Positions 27,610 to 38,559 are shown, counted from the stretch's first letter. The stretch is 64,000 nucleotides of DNA from an uncultured delta proteobacterium (GCA_963845145.1 CAWJQU010000005.1:256001-320000); one strand, 5' to 3'. Made by a program: numbers and translations. The notes: a model not told the origin generated them from the letters alone.

Positions 27610-28554
27610 CTAAACAGTTATAAAGTGAATTAGAACAATGCCTAAAATCACAGCGGGGTAGTAGCTAGCCCGGTTGAACAGCACCATGGCGTCACTACGC
27701 TGTTTGGATGCGCCCAGGGCTAGAACGGGCAGCAGAAGAAAATAGATATTACCCGCAACGGCCAGAATGAACACATAAAGACTAAATGCCATCGGGGAAA
27801 CAAAAAGAATAAGGAGGCTTAAAGGAAGCGCCAGGACAAGCGCGCTGAGCGCAATAACACTGGCGCGTTCAAGGCCGAATTTGACAACAATCGTCTGGGC
27901 CTGAAAGCGCCGGTCCTCTTCGATATCGGTCCAGTCCGCCGGTATATTCTGTCCGCCGATTTCCCAAAAAAAAATCCATAAAAACAACACGGTAAGAAAT
28001 ACGTAAGATGGCGTAGAGGTGACGGCAGCCACCGCAGCCAGGGGGCCGCAGGTTTTAACGGCACCGTTGACAACGGTACGAAAAGGGGTTGTTCGCCATA
28101 AGCGACAATAGATGATCTCCAGGCCAAAACCACCCAAAAAAATAAAAACACAGACGGGATTTAAAATATAGGCCCCGATTAATGCGGCGATGCTCCACAG
28201 GATGACCCAGACAATTCCCTGATACAAGCTGATCACGCCCTTAGCCATGGGATGCCGAATCATCACACCGTCGATATATACCTCGGCGTCATCATATCCG
28301 CCGGCACGCACTTTTTTCACGTCGTTGCGATAATCTACCACATCATTTAATGCGTAGACGGCCGTATAACCGGCAAAAGCGGTGATGAGCCCCAAGATCA
28401 TCACCCCCGTGGATGGAAATCCGCCCAGAGCTAGTAAGGCTGCCAGGATGGGGGCGGCCATATCCAGCAGTGCGTGAGGTGTTCTGGATAGGGCCCAAAA
28501 CGGCTTGATTTTCACCAACCAATCGCGGTACCGTGAGACCAATGGTGTGATCAT
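27610..28554 (-). CDS. UbiA-family prenyltransferase
   Basis: YALNDVVDYRND and DWTDIEED Asp-rich motifs, RHP, multiple TM helices. Confidence 0.85.
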   Translation of the reverse strand: MITPLVSRYRDWLVKIKPFWALSRTPHALLDMAAPILAALLALGGFPSTGVMILGLITAFAGYTAVYALNDVVDYRNDVKKVRAGGYDDAEVYIDGVMIRHPMAKGVISLYQGIVWVILWSIAALIGAYILNPVCVFIFLGGFGLEIIYCRLWRTTPFRTVVNGAVKTCGPLAAVAAVTSTPSYVFLTVLFLWIFFWEIGGQNIPADWTDIEEDRRFQAQTIVVKFGLERASVIALSALVLALPLSLLILFVSPMAFSLYVFILAVAGNIYFLLLPVLALGASKQRSDAMVLFNRASYYPAVILGIVLIHFITV

Positions 28555-28617
28555 GACTGTTTTCCCGTATGGTTGTGGCCCTGTTTAATAGAAAGTATCT
28601 GATTCATCAATTTCTCA

Positions 28618-29661
28618 TTAAAATGAATACGAGAGGGTGAAAGCACCAAATATTTGCGGGTCATCCTGGGTTTCAAACTGCTTGGTTCGATAGACATAAG
28701 CATAGCTGGCCTTAACCCGCCCATAAACGATACCGATACCGCCCATCAGATCCGCGACAAAGTTCTTTTTATCCACACGATGACTATCGTGGAAGGTGTT
28801 ACCGTCAAGAAAAATGTCCCTGAACACCAGGCGTCCATCCGTTGCAAGAAAAAAGTGGAGGCCCCTTTTTGTTTGATAGAAAAAAGCCCCATCCATTCGA
28901 TCGTTTGCAGCGCTATCTGTTTCACAACCGGGGCGGATCGGGCAGGTACCGAAGTTCGGTGCCAGGTTCCATCCGATTCTAAATTCCGCGCCGCCATTCG
29001 TATAGAACTGCACATTACCCAGCCGTGCACCAACATGCGAAATTAAATCGTATCCAAACCGCCCCTCGCTTCGCGCCTCCAGTAATCGCCATTGGGTTTC
29101 GTAGATGGCCTCAAGAGACAGTTCATCTTCCAACTGGTGGTCCCATCCCTGAGCCCGCGGACTGCCGATCAGATTGTGAATGCGGTTTTGAGTCTGTTCG
29201 GCATAAGAATTGGGGCCGACCATACCGATATCAAATTCCCAACTGTCCTTGCGACGCTCTTTTTTACTATGAAACCCGAAGGCCAGGTAAAGGATACCGG
29301 CATAGGGGCGATCGTCCTCGATCAAATTCGGTTCTTCGATATCTTCGGGGGTGTATATATTCTGGCCCACCGAAAGCGATACCGACCGCTGCCGGGAGGT
29401 ATCTTTCACGTAGGGTAGGCGGTTCATGATGGGATAACTCCACCTGGGCAGGCGCGTTTGGGTCTCATCGAATTGATACGGCGTGCTCCAGGTCAGCTTG
29501 ATCCCATTCGTATAGTCGCGATCGGTATTGGCCAGAGCATCATTTTCCCAATAGATGGTGATCGTATTAAATCGGGGATCATCGATCCGTTGAGCGGGAG
29601 TCTCCTGCCCCATAAAAACGATGACGAGCATCACGGGTAAAAATAGTCTTGTTTTTATCAT
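28618..29661 (-). CDS. Lipid A 3-O-deacylase LpxR-family outer-membrane beta-barrel
   Basis: ENDA...TDRDYTNG, GQNIYTP, DRPYAG, FLDGN, terminal YSF; start moved to ATG 29661 before the signal peptide. Confidence 0.85.
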   Translation of the reverse strand: MIKTRLFLPVMLVIVFMGQETPAQRIDDPRFNTITIYWENDALANTDRDYTNGIKLTWSTPYQFDETQTRLPRWSYPIMNRLPYVKDTSRQRSVSLSVGQNIYTPEDIEEPNLIEDDRPYAGILYLAFGFHSKKERRKDSWEFDIGMVGPNSYAEQTQNRIHNLIGSPRAQGWDHQLEDELSLEAIYETQWRLLEARSEGRFGYDLISHVGARLGNVQFYTNGGAEFRIGWNLAPNFGTCPIRPGCETDSAANDRMDGAFFYQTKRGLHFFLATDGRLVFRDIFLDGNTFHDSHRVDKKNFVADLMGGIGIVYGRVKASYAYVYRTKQFETQDDPQIFGAFTLSYSF

Positions 29662-29866
29662 CACCACAAATTGCTCGCCCGTGAAGTTCACATTTACTAA
29701 GAACACCTTGGCGTTAATATTTAGCATAAAGGGCCCACTCAAGACAATCTTTGACGAGGGGCTACACAGCAACGCCGGATTGACGATCAAATTATGAGTA
29801 TGATAGGTGTATTTCGAGTTAGAATCCTGATTTCGGCACGTATGCCAGCGATAAGCAAAGAACCCT

Positions 29867-30844
29867 ATGAACCCCAGCACAGATAAAGTCACGCATCTGT
29901 CCGAAGCCATTTCCCGGCTCATCCCGGATGGTGCCCACATTTCTATCGGTGGTTTTACCATAAACCGAAATCCCATGGCGGCCGTGTACGAGATGATTCG
30001 CCAAAATAAAAGAAATTTTCATCTCTACGCCCATTCCAATGGGCAAGGGGTCGATGAGCTGATCGGGGCCGGATGTATTGCCAAACTTGAAATCGCCTAT
30101 GCGGGCACCGGACGTTTTGCCCCCACCTGTATTCGATTTAAAAAGGCTGTTCAGGAAGGCCGGATCGTGGTGGAAGATTACTCCAACTACCAGATGACGC
30201 TGCGTTTCATGGCCGGATCCATGGGTGTGCCGTTTTTGCCGACACGGTCCGGCCTGGGCACAGACATTGTCGCTAAGTGGGGCTTTGGGCCATCCTTGCG
30301 AGAAGATGACCCCAGGATTCCGGATAAAAAACTCCACATAATGGATAACCCCTTCGGCAGCTGGGGAAAAGCACCCAAGCTGGTTCTGGTCCCGGCAATT
30401 TGCCCCGATGTGACGATTCTTCATGTTCAGAAGGCGGATCGACAGGGTAATATAAGGATAAAGGGGTTGCCGTTTGCCGACGTTGTTCAGGCCAAGGCTG
30501 CGCGGAAGGTGATTGTTACCTGCGAAGAACTGGTGGAATCTGACACATTGCGTAAAAATCCGGACCGAAACCAGATTCCTTCATTTTGCGTGGACGCCGT
30601 GGTCCACGTCCCGTGGGGCGCTTATCCGACGGCATGCTACCACTACTACGATTACGATCCAGTATATCTTAACGACTATGGTAAATATGCCCAAACAGAC
30701 GACGCCTACCAAAAGTACCTGGAGCGATTTGTTTTTCAACCGGCGGATCATCGGGCATTGATCGAGCTGATCGGTGCTGATCGAATCAATACCCTAAAGG
30801 CGGACCCCAACACCGGCTATGCAACGGGGCTGGATCGAAGATAA
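29867..30844 (+). CDS. CoA-transferase subunit A (glutaconate CoA-transferase-like)
   Basis: GGFTINRNPMA, GVPFLPTRSGLGTD, HVQKADRQGN, PWGAYPTAC. Confidence 0.88.
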   Translation: MNPSTDKVTHLSEAISRLIPDGAHISIGGFTINRNPMAAVYEMIRQNKRNFHLYAHSNGQGVDELIGAGCIAKLEIAYAGTGRFAPTCIRFKKAVQEGRIVVEDYSNYQMTLRFMAGSMGVPFLPTRSGLGTDIVAKWGFGPSLREDDPRIPDKKLHIMDNPFGSWGKAPKLVLVPAICPDVTILHVQKADRQGNIRIKGLPFADVVQAKAARKVIVTCEELVESDTLRKNPDRNQIPSFCVDAVVHVPWGAYPTACYHYYDYDPVYLNDYGKYAQTDDAYQKYLERFVFQPADHRALIELIGADRINTLKADPNTGYATGLDRR

Positions 30845-30849
30845 AGGTT

Positions 30850-31626
30850 ATGCCCAAAAATAGCGACTATACCTTAAAAGAGATGATGGCCATTGCCGCC
30901 GCCCGCGAAATACGGGACGGGGATATCGTTTTTTGCGGTACGGGTATTTCCATGCTGGCGGCCATGGCCGCCAAACATATCAGTGCACCCAACAGCATCA
31001 TTTTTTTTGAGACCGGGGCCATCGATTCACAGCTCGATGAGGTGCCCCTGGCGGTAGGCGATTCTCGGGTGATGCACGGCGCTGCGGTCAACGGCGATCT
31101 GGCCGAATCCTTCGCCACGATGCAAAACCGGTTTACCGGCAGACAAGTGGTGGGGATTCTAGGCGCCGCCCAAATCGATCCGTATGGCAATCTCAACTCC
31201 ACGGTCATTGGGGACTATTGGCACCCCAGTGTACGATTTTCAGGATCAGGCGGCGCCGCAGATGTCGGATCATTCGTGGCCCGAACCATCATTTTCATGC
31301 AGTTGCAAAAACGCAAATTTGTCCGCAAACTTGACTACCTGACCTGTCCCGGATGGCTGGATGGACCCGGTGGGCGTGAACGGGCCGGCCTGCCGAGTGG
31401 CGGCCCGGAAACAGTGGTGACCGATATGGCGCTCATGGGATTTCACGAAACCACCCGGAGAATGTATCTAAAGGGGTTTTATCCAGGCATTCATCCTGAT
31501 CAAATCCTAGACCGAATGGCATTTGATATTGACGTGTCCCATGCTGAAATGGTTCCGGCCCCTTCTCCCAAAGAGTTGGCGATTTTAAGAGATAAATGCG
31601 ACCCCCAGCGATTAATATTAGGGTGA
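30850..31626 (+). CDS. CoA-transferase subunit B
   Basis: VFCGTG, FETG (catalytic Glu position), GAAQIDPYGNLNST, GSGGA. Confidence 0.88.
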   Translation: MPKNSDYTLKEMMAIAAAREIRDGDIVFCGTGISMLAAMAAKHISAPNSIIFFETGAIDSQLDEVPLAVGDSRVMHGAAVNGDLAESFATMQNRFTGRQVVGILGAAQIDPYGNLNSTVIGDYWHPSVRFSGSGGAADVGSFVARTIIFMQLQKRKFVRKLDYLTCPGWLDGPGGRERAGLPSGGPETVVTDMALMGFHETTRRMYLKGFYPGIHPDQILDRMAFDIDVSHAEMVPAPSPKELAILRDKCDPQRLILG

Positions 31627-31899
31627 GCATATTTGCCTTTCAAAATAAAAACCTGACCTGATCTTCTTGACCCAAAAGGCGCCATACTTTTCTAAACCCG
31701 AGGGGCTAAATGGTTGCGCGGACTGATTGCATCAAACGGGTCGCATCACCTGATCGCATCAACTGGGCCTTGGCTTGCAGTCAAGTTTTGCCAGCTCTAT
31801 TTTCTATAAAAAATCAGATTGCAGGGTTAAAATTGGCCATATTCGCAAAAATAAAGCTAGAAAATATTATTAATCGTTGTTGGGGCTCGAATTATTTTA

Positions 31900-31928
31900 T
31901 TGACACTATAATGTAGATTTCATACATT
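31900..31928 (+). promoter_or_regulatory. Putative sigma70 promoter with overlapping palindromic operator
   Basis: TTGACA-N17-TACATT; AATGTA-N7-TACATT inverted repeat overlaps the spacer and -10. Confidence 0.55.
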
Positions 31929-31996
31929 TTAAAGACTTGATTTTTTTTCTTAATGCAGATCAATCCTTAATTAAACCAGGCATAAAAGGGGGAAAT

Positions 31997-32866
31997 ATGC
32001 CACGTATCGTCAAATGTGCCCACATTCAGGCTTCCAATGCCAAAGCTGATGGAACCACGGCCGAGATAAAGACGGCCATGATCGAAAAACATATACCGCT
32101 GATCGAGGAAGCCGGCAGCAAAGGCGTCAACATCCTCTGTCTTCAGGAAATATTCCATGGTCCCTACTTTTGCTGCGAGCAGGATACCAAATGGTACGCC
32201 ACAGCGGAGCGGGTGCCCGGCCCCATCACGGAAATGCTGGCCGAGTATGCAAAAAAATACAGTATGGTGATGGTCATCCCGGTCTACGAGGAAGCCATAG
32301 ATGGTGTTTACTACAATACCGCCGCGGTTGTTGACGCCGATGGAAAATACCTGGGTAAGTTCAGAAAAATTCAGATACCACACACCTGGCCCGGTTTCTG
32401 GGAAAAATTTTACTTTAAACCGGGTAATCTCGGGTTTCCGGTATTTGAGACCGCCTATGCGAAAATTGGTATATTCATCTGCTATGATCGGCATTTCCCG
32501 GAGTGTGCGCGCGTGCTGGCCTTAAACGGAGCGGAAATTCTCTTCAATCCGTCGGCCACCACCGACGGAAAATCCAAATACCTCTGGGAATTGGAACAGC
32601 CCGCCCAGGCGGTTGCCAATGGCGTGTTTATCGGCGCCAACAATCGGGTGGGACTGGAAAAACCCTGGGAGTTCGGACGTTTCTACGGTTCAAGCTATTT
32701 TGTGGACCCGCGGGGAGAAATTTTGGTAAAGGGAAGCGAAGACAAGGATGAGGTGGTCATCGCCGATCTAGACCTTGATGTGATTCGAGAAGTCAGAGAC
32801 GGCTGGCAGTTCTTCAGAGATCGCCGGCCGGAAATGTACACTGAAATCTGCCAGCAGTTACCCTAG
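31997..32866 (+). CDS. Nitrilase-family amidohydrolase, beta-ureidopropionase-like
   Basis: Glu-Lys-Cys triad LQEIF / FRK / ICYDRHFPE; FWEKFYFKPGN; next to a nucleobase permease. Confidence 0.85.
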   Translation: MPRIVKCAHIQASNAKADGTTAEIKTAMIEKHIPLIEEAGSKGVNILCLQEIFHGPYFCCEQDTKWYATAERVPGPITEMLAEYAKKYSMVMVIPVYEEAIDGVYYNTAAVVDADGKYLGKFRKIQIPHTWPGFWEKFYFKPGNLGFPVFETAYAKIGIFICYDRHFPECARVLALNGAEILFNPSATTDGKSKYLWELEQPAQAVANGVFIGANNRVGLEKPWEFGRFYGSSYFVDPRGEILVKGSEDKDEVVIADLDLDVIREVRDGWQFFRDRRPEMYTEICQQLP

Positions 32867-33071
32867 TCTTATTGTATTGTGAAATAAACAGAAAGGGCTT
32901 GGCGACATTTCACGGATTTTAAAACTGAGCGTTGCGTCTTAATAAATAAAGGTGTAATCCAATCAAATATGGAAAGGGTCATTACGTCATTTTTTAAACA
33001 GGAGGGAGATGGCATCTATTTGGTATTAGCAATCCCAGTATGGGATATCAACGGAAGGAGGAAAAAAGGTT

Positions 33072-34640
33072 ATGAGTGAAGAACAAAAGGAACACAAACA
33101 CTGGATTGTTTACCCATTGGGGAGTAAACCCAAATGGGGCCTTGCGGTACTGCTCGGTATTCAGCAGTATTTGACCATGTTCGGGGCGACCGTGCTTATC
33201 CCTTTTATCGTCGGTGGTGCTATGGGCCTGCCCCCCGAAGAGCTGGCTTTGTTAATCTCGACCATTTTCTTTACATCGGGATTGTGTACTTTAATTCAGC
33301 AGTCCCCCCTTGGGAACAAGCTGCCCGTTGTCCAGGGTGGAACGTTCTCTTTCCTGGGGCCCACATTCGCCATTCTCGGTTTGGTGACGGCCGAACATGC
33401 GACCGCGGCCGGTATTCCGGTCTGGCAGCTCAAGATCCAGATGGTTTCCGGTGCCATCATGATTGCATCCGTGGTTGAAATCGTCTTAGGGTATACCGGT
33501 ATCATGGGCCAGGTCCGAAAAATAATCAGCCCCATCGTTATCGGCCCCACCATCGCCATGATCGGTTTGGCCCTGTTCGGCATCGGTGCGCCCTGGATGG
33601 CAACAAACTGGGTAATCTCGTTGATTACACTTATCGCTCTGATTCTTTACTCCCAAGTTTTCTCCATCAAATCCAAAGTATTCATGCTGTTTCCAGTACT
33701 GCTCGCCATTGCCACCGGATGGTTATGCGCCCTTTTAGGCACGGTAACCGGACTGATTCCGGATGGCAATGCGGCCAACCTATCGGGCAAACTCGGTTTG
33801 ATCGCATCCGCCCCTCTAATCAGCTTCAAGCCCATGATGCCGTTTAAATGGGGTTTCCCGGATTTGGGCAGCACGGTGCTGTGGGCAGGTGTATTCGGCA
33901 TGCTGGCCGGTTATCTGGCATCCATGATCGAATCCATTGGCGATTATTATGCCTGCGCCCGTATTTCCGAAGCGCCGGTACCCACGGGCAAGATGATTTC
34001 TAGAGGGCTGGGTGCCGAAGGATTGGGCTGCTTTATTGCCGGTATTCTGCAAACCGCGAACGGCACCACCACCTACTCCGAAAACATCGGTTCCATCGGC
34101 CTGACCAAGGTGGCCAGCCGAAGAGTGGTGCGCTGCGGGGCAGCCGTCATGCTGGTTATCCCGGTTATCGGGAAATTTGGTGCCGTACTGGCCACCCTGC
34201 CCACACCGGTGGTTGGCGCCATGTTCGTGGGCCTGTTCGGCATGATCGCATCCGTGGGGCTCTCCAACCTGCAGATCGTCAACCTGAATAACTCCCGGAA
34301 CCTGTTTATCATCGGTATCAGCTTTTTTGCCGGCTTAAGCGTTCCTTTCTGGTTTACCCCCCATTATGATGTGGCAACCGGACAGATTGTCAGCGGCGCC
34401 CTGGCCTGGGGAACACCCGGAAGTGCCATCAATGTTCTCGGCAACATCTTTCAGGCTGTCCTGAGTACCGGCATGGCGGTGACCGCTATCATCGGTATTA
34501 TTCTCGACAACCTGCTTCCCGGCGCCACCCGCGCCGAACGGGGCCTGGAAGTATGGGAAAACGAAGCTTCCGATGAAGCATGGGAAGAGGCGGAAGCCAA
34601 ATGGGCCGCCATGGAAGAAGGCGAAATGAGACCCGTGTAA
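33072..34640 (+). CDS. NCS2 (uracil/xanthine) permease
   Basis: GIQQYLTMFG, IESIGDY, TTYSENIG...TKVASRRV signature. Confidence 0.92.
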   Translation: MSEEQKEHKHWIVYPLGSKPKWGLAVLLGIQQYLTMFGATVLIPFIVGGAMGLPPEELALLISTIFFTSGLCTLIQQSPLGNKLPVVQGGTFSFLGPTFAILGLVTAEHATAAGIPVWQLKIQMVSGAIMIASVVEIVLGYTGIMGQVRKIISPIVIGPTIAMIGLALFGIGAPWMATNWVISLITLIALILYSQVFSIKSKVFMLFPVLLAIATGWLCALLGTVTGLIPDGNAANLSGKLGLIASAPLISFKPMMPFKWGFPDLGSTVLWAGVFGMLAGYLASMIESIGDYYACARISEAPVPTGKMISRGLGAEGLGCFIAGILQTANGTTTYSENIGSIGLTKVASRRVVRCGAAVMLVIPVIGKFGAVLATLPTPVVGAMFVGLFGMIASVGLSNLQIVNLNNSRNLFIIGISFFAGLSVPFWFTPHYDVATGQIVSGALAWGTPGSAINVLGNIFQAVLSTGMAVTAIIGIILDNLLPGATRAERGLEVWENEASDEAWEEAEAKWAAMEEGEMRPV

Positions 34641-34710
34641 GTATTAAAATATTTTGAAATTTTAATAAGCACGGATCCGCAGCATGACCAAAAAGGTAAG
34701 ACCCTAATTA

Positions 34711-34752
34711 AATGGAGGGCTGGTTTTATGAACCGGCCCTCCATTTTTTTTC
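34711..34752 (+). terminator. Rho-independent terminator
   Basis: ATGGAGGGCTGGTT / AACCGGCCCTCCAT stem followed by a T run. Confidence 0.85.
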
Positions 34753-34880
34753 CGCACCACGACATTAAAGGGTTTTGCCTTGACCGTCACAGTGCACTAG
34801 ATGTAAGGGAAAAGAAGTGTCTGATTCTTGGGATTGAAATGCCGCAATCTGGGTTTTGATTGTAGCGTAGGAGCTATTCG

Positions 34881-35261
34881 TTGCCGAAACCAGTTATAAC
34901 CCTTATCACCACCCTGATGATCGCCATTGGACTTTTGGCTATGTATACACTTTTAAATGCGGGTAATCCGAATAGCCTACTCCGATATGTTTTTCCGAAT
35001 CCGACCACTGATGTTTATGTCGCCAGCATCTCATCTCTGATTGTCTTTGTTCTCGGCTTTGTTGTTTTCTTCAATCGGGACAGCCAGGGCTTTCGCAACC
35101 TGATTGAAATGAACAGTGACCGAATTAGACAACTTCGCAAAAAAGGAACGCCGGACGAAGAGATCGCCGATTCAATTTTGGCGGCCATGGGTAGCACCAA
35201 AGGATATAAACATAACCTGGCCCGAAAAAAACTGGTGGTCTATCTTGCCCAATACCGATAG
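34881..35261 (+). CDS. Hypothetical two-TM membrane protein
   Basis: AGGAG RBS before TTG; two hydrophobic segments. Confidence 0.7.
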   Translation: MPKPVITLITTLMIAIGLLAMYTLLNAGNPNSLLRYVFPNPTTDVYVASISSLIVFVLGFVVFFNRDSQGFRNLIEMNSDRIRQLRKKGTPDEEIADSILAAMGSTKGYKHNLARKKLVVYLAQYR

Positions 35262-35276
35262 GGAACCAATGTCGCG

Positions 35277-35735
35277 ATGACGGGTATTTATGCCAATCAA
35301 CAGTGGATCGCCATTGCGATCATCTTTTTCGGCATTATCGCCTATATCGCCTATGTTCGCCGACGGGAGCGAAAATGGATTGAAGACCGATTCGGCCTGG
35401 ACAAGGCCCTCTCCATGAGTTTTGGCGTTAATTACTTCGGTAGAGCCAGTGAAACCGGCAGCCCCCGAAAAAGCAACGGTTTTCTGCTTCTTTTACCGGA
35501 TCGCCTGTTTTACCGCAGCCGCACATCCCGCATTGAGCTGGAAATCCCCGGCAACAAAATCGCCAGGGTTTATCCAGGCTCCAGCATCAAGGGTGTTGAT
35601 TTACATCAATCGGTAATGAAAGTTGATTTTATCAATACCGAGGATGACCGGGACAGCGCGGCTTTCAGGGTGCCCTATCCTCCCCAGTGGATACGAATGA
35701 TTGAAAATACCTTTTCAGAAAAAGATGGGCCTTGA
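35277..35735 (+). CDS. Hypothetical single-TM protein with possible PH-like domain
   Basis: N-terminal TM helix; GFLLLLPDRLFYR beta pattern. Confidence 0.65.
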   Translation: MTGIYANQQWIAIAIIFFGIIAYIAYVRRRERKWIEDRFGLDKALSMSFGVNYFGRASETGSPRKSNGFLLLLPDRLFYRSRTSRIELEIPGNKIARVYPGSSIKGVDLHQSVMKVDFINTEDDRDSAAFRVPYPPQWIRMIENTFSEKDGP

Positions 35736-36301
35736 GGATGATAATCGATGTTGATTTCAGTTTTTAAGATTCGACAAAATTTTGACACCCCTTCGATAAT
35801 AAAACGGTGACCCAAAATGCCGTTATTAACTCCGGTAAAGAACGATTAGTATATTTTAATATAGTTTCGTTTGGTTCATACCGGCCGAAAAGATGCACGT
35901 ACATTCGAGGAACCGTTTGAATCTTTTTCCATTTAAAAGAACTATTTTTAAAAAATTTTCTTTTGGCTCTATAAAAACTAAATACAAATTTCATGCCAAT
36001 TATGAAGATTGTAAATATGTCAAAAATATTTGATGAGTTAGGAAAATATTGACGGTATGGCCATGTTGAGATCTGTTCTAAATCCGTCCAATAGATTTAC
36101 ATTATTACGATTTGAATGACGATTTTATCAATACGCATCCATCCGGGCTGGAAATACCCCTCGTAAAACCGGCTAAACCATGCTAACATCAACGCATCGT
36201 ACGCAATCTATCGATTGAAAAAACGGTATCGACAATTCCAACTAATGCAAATCGGGGATTCTAACTGAATTCACATTTTGCCTGACCACACCATGCGCTT
36301 C

Positions 36302-36317
36302 CGGCACGGCTTTTGCA
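36302..36317 (+). promoter_or_regulatory. Sigma54 (-24/-12) promoter upstream of the prkA operon
   Basis: CGGCACGGCTTTTGCA matches TGGCACG-N4-TTGCW with correct GG-N10-GC spacing. Confidence 0.7.
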
Positions 36318-36497
36318 GAAAATCTAAAACAAGCCTTAAACGCATCGGACAACCGGTAATACAAAATACCGGCCTCAAAAGTATTTAAGGCAAACTCAAT
36401 TTTTTAAGTCAGTTTTAACTCATTTTTCCTACTAAAGAAGTATGGAAGTATCCTTGCGGATAAGACCAGCGGCAAGATACCCAAACAGGGGGTGATT

Positions 36498-38559
36498 ATG
36501 GCTACCGATAGAAACAATACCCTTCAACATCATCTAACGGCAATCAAGGATGAAAAACGGTGCTTTGAAAATGCCTTTGAGAGCATCTCCCGAATGATTC
36601 TTGAAAAGCCCATTGAAAAGGTCGTGGTCAACGGCAGAACCACTTACGATTTCTCCATTTTCAGAACGGGCAAAAAGCACATCATCGGTATGTATGATGA
36701 GCTGAACAGCTTTGTCTCCTACGTTAAGGATGCAGCCGAAAATGGATCATCCAAAGAGATGGCCTTTGTGTTGGTGGGCGAACCCGGAAACGGCAAAACC
36801 TTTTTGGTCGACTATTTGTGCGACATCTATCGCAAGTTTTTAAGCGAAGATAGAAACAGAAAATACACCTTCCGATTCAACAATATTGACCGGATCGGCA
36901 CTTACGGCCGGCTGACCACGGTCGAATCCCAGACCTATGAAGACCCCATGATTCTGGCCATGAACCTGTTTGACGATCCGGAAAAAAACAAGGGCTATCT
37001 GACCGAAAACTATCGGATTTGATGACAAAACCATTGATCGGCTGTATGAAAATTACCGGCCCTTGGGGGCTTGCTCCGGCTATATCTGGAACGACATTCG
37101 GGTAGCCAACGACGGCAACATCGAAGATATGTTAAATTGGGTAGAAATTGTCCCGGTACCTTTGACGGAGAGTCTGGGCACCATTACCGGGAAGTACCCG
37201 GCCAAAGATAAGATTACCTCTTCGGCAGTAGACCTTTTGGGGGAAGAATCGATTCAGCGCTTGCTGCACATCACCGACATTAACAACCCCTACCGATTTG
37301 ACTTAAGGCGGGGCGCATTGGCCCGGGTGGCCGGGGGCGGCATTCATTTTAGCGATGAAATTTATAAAAACAAAAAGGACCTGGTCCAGGTTTACTTAGG
37401 GGTCATTCAAAACCGCTCCATCGAAATCGACGGTTTCAAGTGGCCCATCGATACCCTGATCGTGGCCACCAGCAATAATTCGGAATTTTACAAGTTCTTG
37501 GCGGAAAAAGAAGAAGCCCCCATCGTCGACCGATGTCGTATCTGCTATGTATCTCACAACACCAACTACAAACTTCAGAAACAACTGACCAACTATGCCA
37601 TCGGCAACGAGGCCCGCACCACACTAACCAACGAGAAACTCCACCAGGACCCCAATTTAAATTATGCCATTTCGGTGGCCATGGTTCTCTCCCGCCTCCC
37701 GCGGTCCGAAAAGCTGACACCCGTTGAAACCATGAAATTGGCGGCCGGTGAGGTGGCTGGCGAAAAGAGTATCAAAACCTTGGCGGAAGTGATCGACACG
37801 CTCAACCAGGATCCCGAAATCACCAATCGATTCGGCCAGAAAGGTCTGGGCCAGCGAAATCTTGGGCGATCGATTCAGCTGTTAATCGAAAGCTCCGAGA
37901 CCAATGAGGGCGAATGCATGTTCGCCTACGATGTATTTAAAGCCGTGGATCGCATCATTCTCGATTATGTCAACGATGCCAATGATCGGGTCAAATATCT
38001 GGACGATCTCAAAATGGCCAAAGGTTTATACCGTGAACGGATCATGACCGAGATGTTCAACGCCTACATGGACGAACCTTTTGCCATTCGTAAAGATGTC
38101 ATGAACTATGTCAATATGATCATCGGCATTGACGCTGAAAATTTGGGGCCGGACAAGATGTGGAAGTACAAAGATCCCCAATCCGGGGAACTCAAAGCCC
38201 TGAAGGTGGATGAGCGTTACATCAATAGTGTCGAAGAGCGACTGGAGCTCAAAACCAAAGAGCAACGGGAATCCTTTCGAACCTCGATCCGGAAAATATA
38301 CGGCCAGAAGATCTCCGTGGATCCCAATTATGATTTTATGGATAATCTGGAACTGGTTAAGGCCGTCACCGATGTTCGCCTTAAGTCGGATATCGCTGGG
38401 GCCGGCAGCCTGATCGGGGCGCTGGCCAACCGGACCAACGAAGAAAATCAAAAATTGTACGAGCGAATGATCGATACCATGCTTAACAAGCTAAAATATT
38501 GTCGAACCTGTGCCCAGAAAACGATTGAGTACTTCTGTACTCAGGAAGATGAAACGTAA
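36498..38559 (+). pseudogene. prkA: PrkA/YeaG-family AAA+ serine kinase split by a one-base frameshift (pseudogene or assembly error)
   Basis: ORF1 has Walker A GEPGNGKT; the downstream frame continues GFDDKTIDRLYENYRPLGAC...FSDEIYK; span 2062 nt = 3n+1. Confidence 0.8.

Noticed and set aside
29662..29976. 105-aa N-terminal extension of the LpxR ORF
   Set aside because: It overlaps the divergent CoA-transferase gene, and the signal peptide begins at 29661
31723..31766. Short GATYGCATCA-like direct repeats
   Set aside because: Only two or three degenerate copies with irregular spacing; too weak to call
35764..35994. 76-aa minus-strand ORF in the AT-rich intergenic region
   Set aside because: No recognisable motif or RBS; likely a chance ORF in regulatory DNA
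36981..36988. A7 run as the prkA frameshift site
   Set aside because: Shifting there runs into TGA at 37000-37002 in the new frame
37020..37025. Selenocysteine read-through of the prkA TGA
   Set aside because: The same frame has an immediate second TGA and a further stop; homology continues in a different frame
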